A DNA stretch of 64,000 nt from Candidatus Latescibacterota bacterium (GTDB lineage: Bacteria > Latescibacterota > UBA2968), in assembly GCA_965208125.1 (NCBI GenBank), contig OZ242320.1, positions 3,680,001-3,744,000 of the forward strand. Direction: 5' to 3'. Made by a program: the position numbers and the translations under genes. Positions 46,630 to 58,100 of this stretch are shown piece after piece; the stretch's first letter is position 1; the number at the start of each line of letters is the position of its first letter. The notes below the pieces were generated by a model that was not told where the DNA came from, did not search any database, and saw only the letters and a list, made by a program, of their open reading frames with translations.

Positions 46630-48429
46630 ATGAATCTTCAGAATATTCGAAATTTTTCCATCATTGCGCATATTGACCATGGAAAATCGACTCTGGCCGA
46701 CCGGTTGCTCGAGCAGACACAAACTCTGAGTAAATTTCAGATGCAAGATCAGGTGCTCGACAGCATGGACCTTGAGCGCGAGCGGGGTATTACTATCAAA
46801 TCGCACGCCATTCGCATGGATTACACGGCGCCGGATGGGCAGATTTATGAACTCAATCTCATCGATACGCCGGGCCATGTCGATTTCTCTTATGAAGTCT
46901 CGCGTAGCCTCACTGCGTGTGAAGGTGCGCTGCTCCTCGTTGACGCGGCACAGGGAGTGGAAGCCCAAACCGTTAGCAATGTCCTCCTCGCTATGGAACA
47001 CGACTTATTCATCATTCCCGTGATCAACAAGATTGACCTGCCCGGTGCTGAAGTAGATCGCGTGGTCATGCAACTCCACGACTTGCTCGGTGTAGAAGAA
47101 GAGGAAATTGTCAAAATCAGCGCTAAAGAGGGCATTGGGATCGATACACTCCTGGCCGCCATTATCGATGAGATACCACCTCCTGAAGGGAATCCGGATG
47201 CTCCGCTCAAGGCCCTCATCTTCGATTCTATTTTTGATCAATATCGCGGTGTCGTGGCTTATGTGCGCGTTTTTGATGGTGTTTTGAAAAAAAGCATGCC
47301 CATCCGCCTCTTTTCGACCAACCAAAATTACGACGCCGAAGAGATCGGTACCCTCAAACTCAAACGCATCAAACAACAAAGCCTCAGCGCAGGCGAAGTC
47401 GGGTATCTCATCGCGGGTATCAAAGATCTTGAAGATGCTCGGGTCGGGGACACCGTCACCGGCTCTGCGAATCCCGCCATTCATCCCTTACCCGGCTACC
47501 AGGAAGTCAAACCCATGGTCTTTGCTGGACTTTATCCAGTATCATCAGATGACTTTGAAAACCTCCGGTCTGCACTCGAAAAACTGCACCTTAACGATGC
47601 GTCATTGTCCTATGAGCCCGAAACTTCGACAGCACTCGGTTTTGGGTTCCGATGTGGCTTCCTCGGTCTGCTCCACATGGAAATTGTCCAGGAGCGACTG
47701 GACCGCGAATTTGATATAGACATCATCACCACTGTGCCCAATGTCGAATATCGCGTGCGTCTGACCAGTGGCGAGCAAATTGATGTGCAAAATCCCGCTG
47801 AGATGCCACCTGCGGGAAACATAAAAGATATTGCCGAACCGATACTTGATGCCCAAATTCTGGTGCCCTCTGAATATGTGGGCAATATTATGCGTATTGC
47901 ACAAGATCGTCGGGGCCATTATCGTACGACCGAATACATTGACCCCACCCGTGCTCTCTTGCGCTATGATCTGCCGTTATCCGAAATTGTGCTCGATTTC
48001 TACGACCGCCTCAAATCGGTCTCGCGCGGTTATGCATCGTTTGACTACGAATACAAAAAACACCAGGCTGCGGATCTGGTCAAACTCGACCTGCTCATCA
48101 ATGGCGAACCCTTAGACGCACTCTCTGCAATTGTTCACCGCGATAAAGCCTATGAATGGGGGCGCGCGTTGAGTCAAAAACTCAAAGCACTGATCCCGCG
48201 CCAGCTCTTTGAAGTCGTTATTCAAGCGGCAATCGGTGCCAAAGTGATTTCGCGCGAAACCGTGCGTCCCTTCCGCAAAAACGTCACTGCCAAATGTTAT
48301 GGCGGCGATATTACCCGCAAGCGCAAACTCCTCGAGCGTCAAAAAGAGGGCAAAAAGCGCATGAAACAAGTCGGCGCAGTAGAAATCCCTCAAGAGGCGT
48401 TTCTCGCTGTTTTGCAGATGGAAGTGTGA
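46630..48429 (+). CDS. lepA: Elongation factor 4
   Basis: [44 protein letters not shown]. Confidence 0.98.
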   Translation: MNLQNIRNFSIIAHIDHGKSTLADRLLEQTQTLSKFQMQDQVLDSMDLERERGITIKSHAIRMDYTAPDGQIYELNLIDTPGHVDFSYEVSRSLTACEGALLLVDAAQGVEAQTVSNVLLAMEHDLFIIPVINKIDLPGAEVDRVVMQLHDLLGVEEEEIVKISAKEGIGIDTLLAAIIDEIPPPEGNPDAPLKALIFDSIFDQYRGVVAYVRVFDGVLKKSMPIRLFSTNQNYDAEEIGTLKLKRIKQQSLSAGEVGYLIAGIKDLEDARVGDTVTGSANPAIHPLPGYQEVKPMVFAGLYPVSSDDFENLRSALEKLHLNDASLSYEPETSTALGFGFRCGFLGLLHMEIVQERLDREFDIDIITTVPNVEYRVRLTSGEQIDVQNPAEMPPAGNIKDIAEPILDAQILVPSEYVGNIMRIAQDRRGHYRTTEYIDPTRALLRYDLPLSEIVLDFYDRLKSVSRGYASFDYEYKKHQAADLVKLDLLINGEPLDALSAIVHRDKAYEWGRALSQKLKALIPRQLFEVVIQAAIGAKVISRETVRPFRKNVTAKCYGGDITRKRKLLERQKEGKKRMKQVGAVEIPQEAFLAVLQMEV

Positions 48430-48434
48430 GGAAA

Positions 48435-49124
48435 ATGCCCCAAAAAAGATCCGTGACTATTGAATATATCAAAGCCATCTTACTCGCGTTTGCACTCGCG
48501 CTTTTTATTCGCATATTTGTCGTGCAGGCATTTCGCATTCCTTCAGGATCGATGGAAAACACTTTGCTGGTTGGAGATTTTTTGCTGGCAAATAAATTTA
48601 TTTACGGTGCTCGCATTCCCTTTACCGACATTCGCCTGCCCGCGTGGCGTTCGCCAGTTCCCGGCGATATTGTCATTTTTCAGTATCCCAGAGACCCATC
48701 CCGCGATTTTATCAAACGCATTGTTGCAGGTCCCGGGCAGAAAGTTGAAATTAAAGATAAAATCCTTTATGTTGACGACAAACGCGCGATTGATCCATCC
48801 AGAGCTAAATATATCGATTCTGTTATTCTCAAACGGAGATCGGTGACCAATACGCGGGATAACTACGGGCCTAAGATCGTACCCGAAGACTGCTATTTCG
48901 TGATGGGCGACAACCGCGACAGCAGTGAAGACAGTCGATACTGGGGTTTTCTCAAGCGCGATCTCATTCGGGGGAAAGCATTTATTCTCTACTGGTCCTG
49001 GGCACCAGATGATCGCGTTCCCGCATATAGCAACGTGACGTCTCTATTCGGTATCGCGCTCTATAATCTGTTCCATTTTCCAGAGCGTGTGCGCTGGCGG
49101 CGCATTGGTATGCTCGTGGAGTGA
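48435..49124 (+). CDS. lepB: Signal peptidase I
   Basis: IPSGSMENTL, FIKRIV, MGDNRDSSEDSRYWG. Confidence 0.95.
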   Translation: MPQKRSVTIEYIKAILLAFALALFIRIFVVQAFRIPSGSMENTLLVGDFLLANKFIYGARIPFTDIRLPAWRSPVPGDIVIFQYPRDPSRDFIKRIVAGPGQKVEIKDKILYVDDKRAIDPSRAKYIDSVILKRRSVTNTRDNYGPKIVPEDCYFVMGDNRDSSEDSRYWGFLKRDLIRGKAFILYWSWAPDDRVPAYSNVTSLFGIALYNLFHFPERVRWRRIGMLVE

Positions 49125-49130
49125 AACGTT

Positions 49131-50240
49131 ATGCACCTCGGCCTTTACATTCATATCCCATTTTGTCATTCGCGCTGTCCGTATTGCGATTTTGCATTTG
49201 TCGTGGGAAAAAATCATATGGCGAAACGCTATACAGATGCGGTGATTGTCGAGATGCAAAATCGCATACAATCCCTCAGAACGCCGCCCGTGTTCAATAC
49301 GCTGTACTTTGGAGGAGGCACGCCCTCGGCAATACCACCTGGACAATTGGATCGGATCACGGCAAGTGTAAAAAGCACGACCGCTCCCGATGCAGAGATT
49401 ACGGCGGAGGTCAATCCCAATGATCGCAAGCACTTTGAAAAATTATATGAATACGGCATCAACCGCTTGAGTCTGGGTGTACAGGCATTTACAGATCGCG
49501 CACTCAAAGCACTCGGTCGATTTCACACGACATCAGATGCGATAGGCGCGTTTCAAGTCGCCCGCGATGTGGGGTTTAAGAACATAAGTATCGACCTTAT
49601 GTACGGCGCGCCGGAACAGACGCTTGAAGAATGGGCAACGAGTATTCAGAGGGCCATTGACCTGCGTCCCGAACATATCTCGGTGTATGGACTCACGATT
49701 GAGCCTCAGACCAATTTTGCGCGCCGCTTTCGAAAGGGGAAATTGGATGTGCCGCCTGAAATCGATCAGGCCGAGATGTATATGTATGCTATTGACCAAC
49801 TCGAAGATGCCGGGTACACACATTACGAAATTTCCAATTTTGCCCAACCGGGCTTTGCGTCACGTCACAATCTTAACTACTGGCATGATCGCCCCTATCT
49901 GGGCGTTGGTTTATCTGCACATTCGTACCTCGACAATCGGCGATTCTGGAATGTGCGCGAGCTCACAACTTATATGCAACATATTGAGGCAACCGGATTT
50001 GCGTTGGAAAGAGAAGAACAGCTTACGCCGACGCAACATCTGCTGGAGCGCATTATGCTGGGGTTGCGCCAGCGTCGGGGGCTTCGGGCAGAGTTTTTGA
50101 GTCATCCGAAAATTCACAAACAGTATATTGCGATGGCAAACCAGCACTTGCTGGAACGAACTGATAACCGCGTTCGCCTGACGCGGCGAGGTCTCCTGCT
50201 CGCCGATCTGGTATGCACCGAACTCGTTAGAGAACTATAG
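49131..50240 (+). CDS. hemW: Radical SAM heme chaperone HemW
   Basis: YIHIPFCHSRCPYCDF, GGGTPS, YEISNF, HNLNYW. Confidence 0.9.
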   Translation: MHLGLYIHIPFCHSRCPYCDFAFVVGKNHMAKRYTDAVIVEMQNRIQSLRTPPVFNTLYFGGGTPSAIPPGQLDRITASVKSTTAPDAEITAEVNPNDRKHFEKLYEYGINRLSLGVQAFTDRALKALGRFHTTSDAIGAFQVARDVGFKNISIDLMYGAPEQTLEEWATSIQRAIDLRPEHISVYGLTIEPQTNFARRFRKGKLDVPPEIDQAEMYMYAIDQLEDAGYTHYEISNFAQPGFASRHNLNYWHDRPYLGVGLSAHSYLDNRRFWNVRELTTYMQHIEATGFALEREEQLTPTQHLLERIMLGLRQRRGLRAEFLSHPKIHKQYIAMANQHLLERTDNRVRLTRRGLLLADLVCTELVREL

Positions 50241-51140
50241 ATGGAATTTAGCATCCGGCTACCCGGTTCCACCGCCAATCTCGGTCCCGGTTATGATGCA
50301 CTGGGCATGGCGTTGTCCATTTACAATTATGTCGCGGTAAAAACCCGTTCCCGACCGGGCGTGTCATTTAGCATTGAGGGTGAAGGCAAGAATATTTTGC
50401 CCACCGATGAGGAGAATCTCTTTTATCATGCCGCGCAATTTGCCGCCCAACGCGCGGGGAAAACACTGCCAGGAATCGATATCCACATGCACAATACCGT
50501 GCCTCTTGCCCGGGGATTGGGCAGCAGTTCAACGGCTATTGTCGGCGGTATTATTGCGGCTAACTCTCTTTTAGGTGAACCCTTTTCACAGATGGAGATG
50601 CTCGATATTGCCACGGCTATTGAAGGGCATCCCGACAATGTCTCGCCCTGCTTGCTCGGCGGTCTTACAGCTTCTATTATGGATGGCAATCGCGTTGCCT
50701 GCGTGTGTGCCCTGCCACCGAAAGAATTGCGCGCCGTGGTCGCTATTCCCGAATTTGAACTCAAGACCGAACATGCCCGCAATGTTTTGCCCGACGCGAT
50801 TTCCCACCGTGACGCTGTTTTCAGTACAAGCCGAGCGTGCATTGTTACAGCAGCGCTGATTACAGGAGATTTTGAGCATCTCGCTGTTGGCATGCAAGAC
50901 CGCTTGCATCACCCCTATCGATCAAAACTCATTCCGGGTTTTGATCAGATACTCGCAGCAGCGGTCAAAGCAGGGGCATGGGGTGCCGCGCTTTCGGGCG
51001 CAGGGCCGACTCTCATCGCGCTTACAACCCAAAATGCCGACGATATTGGACAGGCTATGATCGGTGTTTGGGGGGAAAAAAATATACAGGCTCGTTATCG
51101 CATCCTCAAAATTGATCCATCGGGAGCCACCGTCACATGA
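50241..51140 (+). CDS. thrB: Homoserine kinase
   Basis: STANLGPGYD, PLARGLGSS, EGHPDN, LSGAGPT. Confidence 0.95.
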   Translation: MEFSIRLPGSTANLGPGYDALGMALSIYNYVAVKTRSRPGVSFSIEGEGKNILPTDEENLFYHAAQFAAQRAGKTLPGIDIHMHNTVPLARGLGSSSTAIVGGIIAANSLLGEPFSQMEMLDIATAIEGHPDNVSPCLLGGLTASIMDGNRVACVCALPPKELRAVVAIPEFELKTEHARNVLPDAISHRDAVFSTSRACIVTAALITGDFEHLAVGMQDRLHHPYRSKLIPGFDQILAAAVKAGAWGAALSGAGPTLIALTTQNADDIGQAMIGVWGEKNIQARYRILKIDPSGATVT

Positions 51141-52885
51141 TCACCTCTATGGCATATCCGGGGCGCTATATGCGTTTTTTTTATTTCGCGCTCGTGGGCT
51201 TGCTCATTTTTGACTTTGCGTTTTATCCCTTCGCTGCACACGCGCAATCTCGCCGCCGTGACTCGCGCCAGAGTGAAGAAAAACCAGAACGGCGAGAACC
51301 CACCAGACCTTTTGCCGCGCCTTCTGTGGAAAAAACAGAGCAAGAAGCTACGCCACTGGTTGAAATCAAAAGTATTGGCAAGGCGGCCTATGATGCGGTT
51401 ATTCGCTCGGGTCGCTATATTGTCGGGCCGGGCGATGTTTTTGCCGTGGTTGTAAATAGAGGTGAAGAAATCGAAACCTTTGAAGTGCCCGTCGGCGCGA
51501 GCGGCAGTTTGCTTTTTCCGTCTATCGGCCCTGTTCCCGTTGCGTTTTTATCGCTTTCAGAAGCCGACCAGGCTATCCTGGCAGCTATAAGAAAACGCTT
51601 TCATCAACTCGATATCTCTATTAGCCTCGCGCAACTCCGCACATATCCCATCAACGTGGTTGGCGAAGTGCATATACCCGGTACTGTTGCAGTGAATGGT
51701 GTAGAGCAGGCATCGCAACTCATTCTCAAAGCCGGAGGTCTTATCGACGATCCAGACCGCAGAGGCTCCAGTCGCAATATCCAGATTATGCGCCTTGACG
51801 AAAATGGACAATGGCACAATACGGGACGCAGGGTTGATCTCGAACTGTGGAATCGCACGGGCGACGAACAATACAATCCCTTCATGCTCGATGGGGAACA
51901 AATCGTGGTGCCCGCTGCCCAAAGCGATTCTATCTATGTCACAGGGGCGATACAACGGCCCGGTAGTTATGAATTTGCGCCAGGCGATCGCGTATCCGAT
52001 CTCATTGTTCTTGGGAATGGTTTGCGCGCCCATTCCCCTCCAAAGCGCGCCCATCTTTTGCGCCTGTCGGATGATGGCGAAGGGGCACCCATAGATATTG
52101 ATCTCCCGCGTGCGCTTGCAGGGGATCCCGAGGCCAACATCCCCGTACAAATAGGTGATAAACTTTATGTTATTGGCGATACAAAGTGGGTTTATGTCGA
52201 AGGTGAGGTAAAATTTCCCGGTCCTTTTCCCCTGAAGGAGGGGCTTCGCCTCAAAGAGTTATTACAACGGGCCGAACTAACACCCGAAGCGTCCGTGGTT
52301 CAGGCGTCTCTTATTCGCAAAGTCAATTTTGAAGAGACCGAAACAGAAGACGATCCCGCGCTCGACCGATTGCTCGACATTCCTCGCACACAGCGCACCG
52401 ATGCCGAAGAGGCTCTCATTACTCTTAAAACCCAGCAGCTTTCGGGGCGTTTGCCCATTGATTTTGTAGCGCTCATGGCCAGCGACGAGCGACACAATAT
52501 CCTCCTGCAAGATGGCGATGTCGTCCGCATTCCACGATTTGTGCCTTCTGTGCGTGTGACAGGTGCGGTCATTGCGCCTGCGAATATTCCTTATGACGCA
52601 GCACTTATGGTTGGCGGTTATATCGATCTCGCCGGCGGTTTTAACACGCGTGCAAAACGGAAAGATATCATTATTGTTGAGGGCAATACGGGCAATGCCA
52701 TAGGGGCTACGTCAGAATCGATCGTGCGTCCCGGCGATGCGATTTTTGTTCCCCCACGAGAGATTGTGCCCGGGCAGGGCTATCGCATTTTGAGAGAAGC
52801 TATTGCAATGGTGGGTGCTGTTGCATCAATTGTTCTGACCATCGTGGTGATCGAACGCGAACGCGATCGAGGGCAGGGGCAGTGA
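51137..52885 (+). CDS. SLBB-domain polysaccharide export protein (Wza/KpsD-like)
   Basis: YIVGPGD, then repeated V.GEV..PG and LQDGDV SLBB units. Confidence 0.82.
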   Translation: MITSMAYPGRYMRFFYFALVGLLIFDFAFYPFAAHAQSRRRDSRQSEEKPERREPTRPFAAPSVEKTEQEATPLVEIKSIGKAAYDAVIRSGRYIVGPGDVFAVVVNRGEEIETFEVPVGASGSLLFPSIGPVPVAFLSLSEADQAILAAIRKRFHQLDISISLAQLRTYPINVVGEVHIPGTVAVNGVEQASQLILKAGGLIDDPDRRGSSRNIQIMRLDENGQWHNTGRRVDLELWNRTGDEQYNPFMLDGEQIVVPAAQSDSIYVTGAIQRPGSYEFAPGDRVSDLIVLGNGLRAHSPPKRAHLLRLSDDGEGAPIDIDLPRALAGDPEANIPVQIGDKLYVIGDTKWVYVEGEVKFPGPFPLKEGLRLKELLQRAELTPEASVVQASLIRKVNFEETETEDDPALDRLLDIPRTQRTDAEEALITLKTQQLSGRLPIDFVALMASDERHNILLQDGDVVRIPRFVPSVRVTGAVIAPANIPYDAALMVGGYIDLAGGFNTRAKRKDIIIVEGNTGNAIGATSESIVRPGDAIFVPPREIVPGQGYRILREAIAMVGAVASIVLTIVVIERERDRGQGQ

Positions 52886-54069
52886 TTATGGAATCTGAAC
52901 GCAATATTCTCGATTACATTTACGTTCTCGTGCGCTGGCGGCGCATGATTCTCATGTGCTTTTTTGCCGTCACGCTGGTGACAGCGGGCATTTCGCTCGT
53001 CTTGCCCAAAGCCTACCGCGCGTATGCGACAGTTTATCCACCGCAAGATACCGGCAGTAGTCTCGGGGGACTATCTACCCTTTTACAAGAACTGCCCTTT
53101 AATTTCATGGGATTGGGCGGTGATGCCGTATCTGCCACAGAATTTGTTCCGGTCGTTGAAAGCGAAAGCGTGCGTCTATCTGTTGCCAGGCGGTTTGATC
53201 TCGCCACGCGCTATGGTGCCAGCCATCAAAGCGCATTGCTCGATATGATAGCCAATCGCCTGGAAGTCGGGCTCTCGCGCGAGCAATTTCTCACGATTTC
53301 CTATGAAGCCGACTCCCCAGAACTGGCGGCAGAATTGACCAATGCTTTTGTTGAAGAACTCAAAAACGCGCTTGAACGACGCAATCAAAACAAAACGCGC
53401 GCCTATCTGGCTTATCTCGAAGAGCGGCTCAAAGAAGCCGAACAGGACATGCTCGAAGTCGAGCGGCGCTATCGGGATTTTCAGAACGAGCACATGGTAT
53501 TAGACGTTGAAACGCAGATCAAAACACAGTTGGAAACCGCTTCCACTCTCATCGGCTCGCTGGCAGAACTGATTATCAAGCGCGATGTCCAATCAAAACT
53601 GATGACCTCAGACAATCCCGAATTGAAAAAACTCGATATAGAAATCCAGACCACGCGTCAGGTGCTCGACGATATGCTTATGGGGCAAGTCCCCGATAGC
53701 CTGCGCAGCAGTGATTCGGGCGGACAATTGCCCGAAATTTTTAAGCCTTTCCGACAATTGCCCGAATTGGGCCTGGCCGCACTGCCACTCATCCGCGATA
53801 TTCAAATACAGAACGCCATCTATCAGTTTGTCAAACAAGAGTACGAAAAAACGCGATTTGAAGATGAAAAAGGCACGCAGGTGGTTACTGTCCTGGATTA
53901 TGCGCGATCTCCTGATACGCGCAGCTATCCGCGCCGCAGCCTCATGGTTGCCATTGCGGGGGGGCTCAGCCTGATATTGAGTTGCTTGTTTGCCTTTGTA
54001 TTTGAAGCTCTGAGAAATCTGACTCCGGAGAATCGGGCCAAACTCGATGCCATATCAGATGAATTGTGA
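52882..54069 (+). CDS. Wzz/GumC chain-length determinant
   Basis: N- and C-terminal TMs, coiled coil, VLDYARSP..RSYPRR. Confidence 0.85.
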   Translation: MIMESERNILDYIYVLVRWRRMILMCFFAVTLVTAGISLVLPKAYRAYATVYPPQDTGSSLGGLSTLLQELPFNFMGLGGDAVSATEFVPVVESESVRLSVARRFDLATRYGASHQSALLDMIANRLEVGLSREQFLTISYEADSPELAAELTNAFVEELKNALERRNQNKTRAYLAYLEERLKEAEQDMLEVERRYRDFQNEHMVLDVETQIKTQLETASTLIGSLAELIIKRDVQSKLMTSDNPELKKLDIEIQTTRQVLDDMLMGQVPDSLRSSDSGGQLPEIFKPFRQLPELGLAALPLIRDIQIQNAIYQFVKQEYEKTRFEDEKGTQVVTVLDYARSPDTRSYPRRSLMVAIAGGLSLILSCLFAFVFEALRNLTPENRAKLDAISDEL

Positions 54070-54086
54070 GTAAGCGAGGTATTTCT

Positions 54087-55109
54087 ATGTCTGAAAACCT
54101 GGATACAATTCTCACCACCACAGTTGGGTCTTATCCGCTACCCGACTGGCTCGTGGCTGCACCGAGTGAAACCGCTGTTGTGGATGCCACGCGTGTCATC
54201 TTTGATACGCAGCGTCAGGCCGGGATTGATCTGCCCACCGATGGCGAACTCTACCGATTTGACATCAACCATCCAGAGACCAATGGCATGATCGAATATT
54301 TTGTGCGTCCTATGGGTGGTACACGCGTCGATTTTGGACGCACCGAGGTTGAGGTATTTCGCCAGCGACAATCCATGGACTTTCGCGCCAAACCCGCCGC
54401 TGTTGTCGATGACGTGCTTTCAGAAGGTTCTCTCGATTTGTTATCCGACTGTTTGCGCGCGGCAGCCGTCGCAGGTGGGCCTTTCAAATTTACGCTTACC
54501 AGCCCTTATATGCTTGCTCGCACCTTGCTCGACAATTACTACGGTGATTTTGAAGCCCTGCTCATGGGGGTGGCCGATGTGTTGGCCGGTCAGGTGCGCG
54601 GCCTGCCATGCGCCTGTGTACAGGTTGATGAAGCCAATATCCCGGGGAATCCTGAGGATGGACCTATCGCAGCGAGGGCGATTAATACGGTGCTTGACGC
54701 GGTTGATCCCAATACTGAAAAAGCCGTTCATTTTTGTTTTGGAAATTACGGTGGGCAAACCATCCAACGCGGCACATGGCGCGCGCTTATCGATTTTCTC
54801 AATGACCTGCACACCGATCATCTCGTGCTCGAACTCGCCCATCGCCCTGATGATGATCTGGTTGCTCTGAAAGAAATTGATCCGCGCATCAAGCTCGGCA
54901 TTGGCGTGGTTGACATCAAAATCAATCACGTTGAAACCGCGGAACAGATTGCCCGACGCCTCGACCGGGCTGAAAAAGAACTCGGCCCGGGGCGCATCGC
55001 ATTTATTCATCCCGATTGCGGGTTCTGGATGCTCAAGCGCTCGGTAGCTGATCCCAAGATCGCAGCTCTCGCACAGGGTAGAGATCTTTATTTGGGAAGT
55101 GTGAAGTGA
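54087..55109 (+). CDS. Cobalamin-independent methionine synthase II-family (single-barrel MetE-like) protein
   Basis: TTVGSYP, TDGE, QVDE, HFCFGN, HPDCG zinc ligands. Confidence 0.85.
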   Translation: MSENLDTILTTTVGSYPLPDWLVAAPSETAVVDATRVIFDTQRQAGIDLPTDGELYRFDINHPETNGMIEYFVRPMGGTRVDFGRTEVEVFRQRQSMDFRAKPAAVVDDVLSEGSLDLLSDCLRAAAVAGGPFKFTLTSPYMLARTLLDNYYGDFEALLMGVADVLAGQVRGLPCACVQVDEANIPGNPEDGPIAARAINTVLDAVDPNTEKAVHFCFGNYGGQTIQRGTWRALIDFLNDLHTDHLVLELAHRPDDDLVALKEIDPRIKLGIGVVDIKINHVETAEQIARRLDRAEKELGPGRIAFIHPDCGFWMLKRSVADPKIAALAQGRDLYLGSVK

Positions 55110-55153
55110 GAAGTGTGAAGATCGGTAGTAGTATTCCGTCCTATAATTTTACC

Positions 55154-58100
55154 ATGCGCTATTTTTATATATTTTTTTTTAGTATTCTGATCTCGGAAGC
55201 AGGTGTTTTTGCTCAGGCACGCGGTACGATTGTCACGATCGCCGGTGGTGGTTTGGAAGATGGCGATAATGTGCTGGCTACGGATGTTGCGCTCAACCGT
55301 CCGCTCGGAATGGCGCTCGATCCACAGGGCAATCTCTATATCGCGGATACAGATAATCACCGCATTCGACGGGTAGATGCGATAACGGGTATTATTACTA
55401 CGGTCGCGGGTACTGGGGACCCGGGATTCTCAGGTGATGGCGGGCTGGCGACAAGTGCGTTGCTCAATACCCCCAATGCTATTGCGATCGATAGCGCGGG
55501 CAATATTTATATCAGTAGCGGTGGCGCGAGTGAAAGTGATGTTCGCAATCGGCGCATTCGGCGCATTGATTCTTCCGGTATCATCACTACGGTCGCGGGT
55601 ACGGGCGAAGGTGGTTTCAACGATCTACCTGCGCTACAAGCCACTTTCCACGAAATTGTCGCGCTGACGATGTTAGGCAATGTAGCTCTTTTAATCTCCG
55701 ATAGCCTTGATGAAAATGGACAGGGTAACAACCGCGTGCGGCAATTCGATCTGGCGAATAATACCATAGGCACAATCGCGGGCAATGGCAGTGCTCAGGC
55801 GTCGAATGTTCAGGATGGTAGGGAGGCACCTCTGGCGGGTTTAACCCCTGGGCAATTGGCTGTGACGAGTCAGGGCGATATTTTGATTGCCGATTTTAAC
55901 AATGGACGCATTCGGCGCGTCAGCAGGGCCATACAAGGCACTACAGAAGTTGCCTTGATCAACACCATCGCCGGGCGGGAAGCTACCTCTGAGGAGAAGC
56001 AGTCAGAAGATCTCTATCAGGGCGATGGTGGTCTAGCAACACGTGCTCTATTTTTTAATCCTCTGGGGGTTGCTGCCGATGAGGCTGGCAATGTTTATAT
56101 TGGCGATACGGGCAATAATCGCATTCGCGTGGTCGAAGCGGAAGCGGACACTGTGTTGACTATCGCGGGAACGGGTATTGAGGGCGCGGGGCCTGAAGGT
56201 ACACTCGGTCTTCTGTCTGATCTGGGGCAGCCCACGCATTTGCTGATTGATGGCAATGGGGATCTCATTTTTATTGATGTCGCCAACAATCGTATCCGCA
56301 AATTGCGTGATCCCACATTCCGCATGCCCTTGTTCAATGTTCTCTCCGAGAATATCGATTTTGGCGAGGTTAGCGTTGGCGATCCCGCCGTGAGCCGTTT
56401 GCGCGTTGAAAATTGGGGCAATTTGTCCATCCGTATCGAAACAGCGATTTCCGATAACTCCGCTTTTCGCGTTTTGTCGGCATTGCCCCTCGAAATCGGC
56501 ATTGCCCAAACCGCCGATATTGAAATTGTGTTTGATCCTGTACAAGCTGGCTCTATAGAAGGGCTTATCACCCTCACCACCGATGATTCGCGCACCCCTT
56601 CTATCGCTGTCACGGTGCGAGGTCTGGGGGCTGAACCCAGTATCGGACTTTTTCCTACGGATGTCTTAATTTTCGATCCCACGTTTATCGGGCGATCTCA
56701 AGTATTGTCGGTTCGCATTGATAACCTCGGCGCCGGTGTGCTGATCGTTCCCAACGCCACGACTACCGACTCGCAATTTGTGGTGGAACAAACCGATATC
56801 TTGCGGATTGACGCAGGGCAAAGCCAGCAGCTTTCCATCGCATTTCGCCCGCAAGCCGAGGGCCAGCAAGAAGCCACGCTCACCATTTTTAGCAACGCAC
56901 CAGCCAACCCCACGGCCACGCTCCAATTGCAGGGCATTGGGGAAAGTGCCCAACCCGGCGGGTTTGTCGATGAGGCCCCCAACGCGGGTTTAGGCGATAC
57001 GGGCGCGGGATTTGGCGCGGCGTGGGCAGATTACGACAACGACAATGATCTCGATCTCTACCTCGTGCGTAGCAGAGAGCCGAACCGATTATATCGCAAC
57101 GATGGGACTGGATTTACAGATGTGGCTTCAGCGATGGGTGTTGGCGATTCAGGCGATGGCAGCGCGGGCGTCTGGGGCGATTACGACCGCGATGGCGATC
57201 TCGACCTCTACGTCACCAATTTTGGTGGACCGAACCGGTTATATCGCAACGATGGGACTGGATTTACAGATGTGGCTTCAGCGATGGGTGTTGACGATTC
57301 CGGCGATGGATATGGCGCGGCCTGGGGCGATTATGACCGCGATGGCGATCTCGACCTTTACGTCGCCAACTTTGGCGCGAATCGCTTTTTCCAGAACAAT
57401 GGCAACCGTTTTTCCGAACTGGCGGATAGCCTGGGCCTGAGCGATACAGAAAGTGGGATTCAACCTGCCTGGGGCGATTTTGACAACGATGGCGACCTCG
57501 ATTTGTTTTTGGCAAATAGCGGTCCCAACCGTCTCTTTCGCAATGATGGCGCGCGCTTCGCGTCCATAGAAAATATTTTTAATCCCATTGATGAAGGGCC
57601 GAGTTTTGGCGCGGCCTGGGGTGATTTTGATAACGATGGGGACCTGGATCTGTTTATCCCTTATTTTGGTGCGGATAATAGATTTTATACCAATGAGGGC
57701 AATGGCACGTTCAGAGATCGCGCGACGGAGTTGGGGCTCGCCCACGATGGACGAAGCCGGGGCGCGGTCTGGGGTGATTTTGACAACGATGGCGATCTCG
57801 ATCTCTATGTCACCAATAGCGATCAGCCCAATTTGTATTACAAGAATGTGGATGGGCATTTCGCCGACATATCCGATTCTTTGGACGTTGCCCTGAATGC
57901 GGACAGCCGCGGCGTTGCCCTTGCCGATTACGACAACGATGGGAGACTCGATTTTTATGTCGCCGTGCAAAATGGTCCCGATGCACTTTTTCGCAATCGC
58001 GAGGCCAATGGCAACTGGATCGCAATTCGGCTTCGCGGCACAGAAAGTAGCCCCGATGCGATTGGCACGCGCCTCGAAATTGCGTTCAAAGACAGAGATG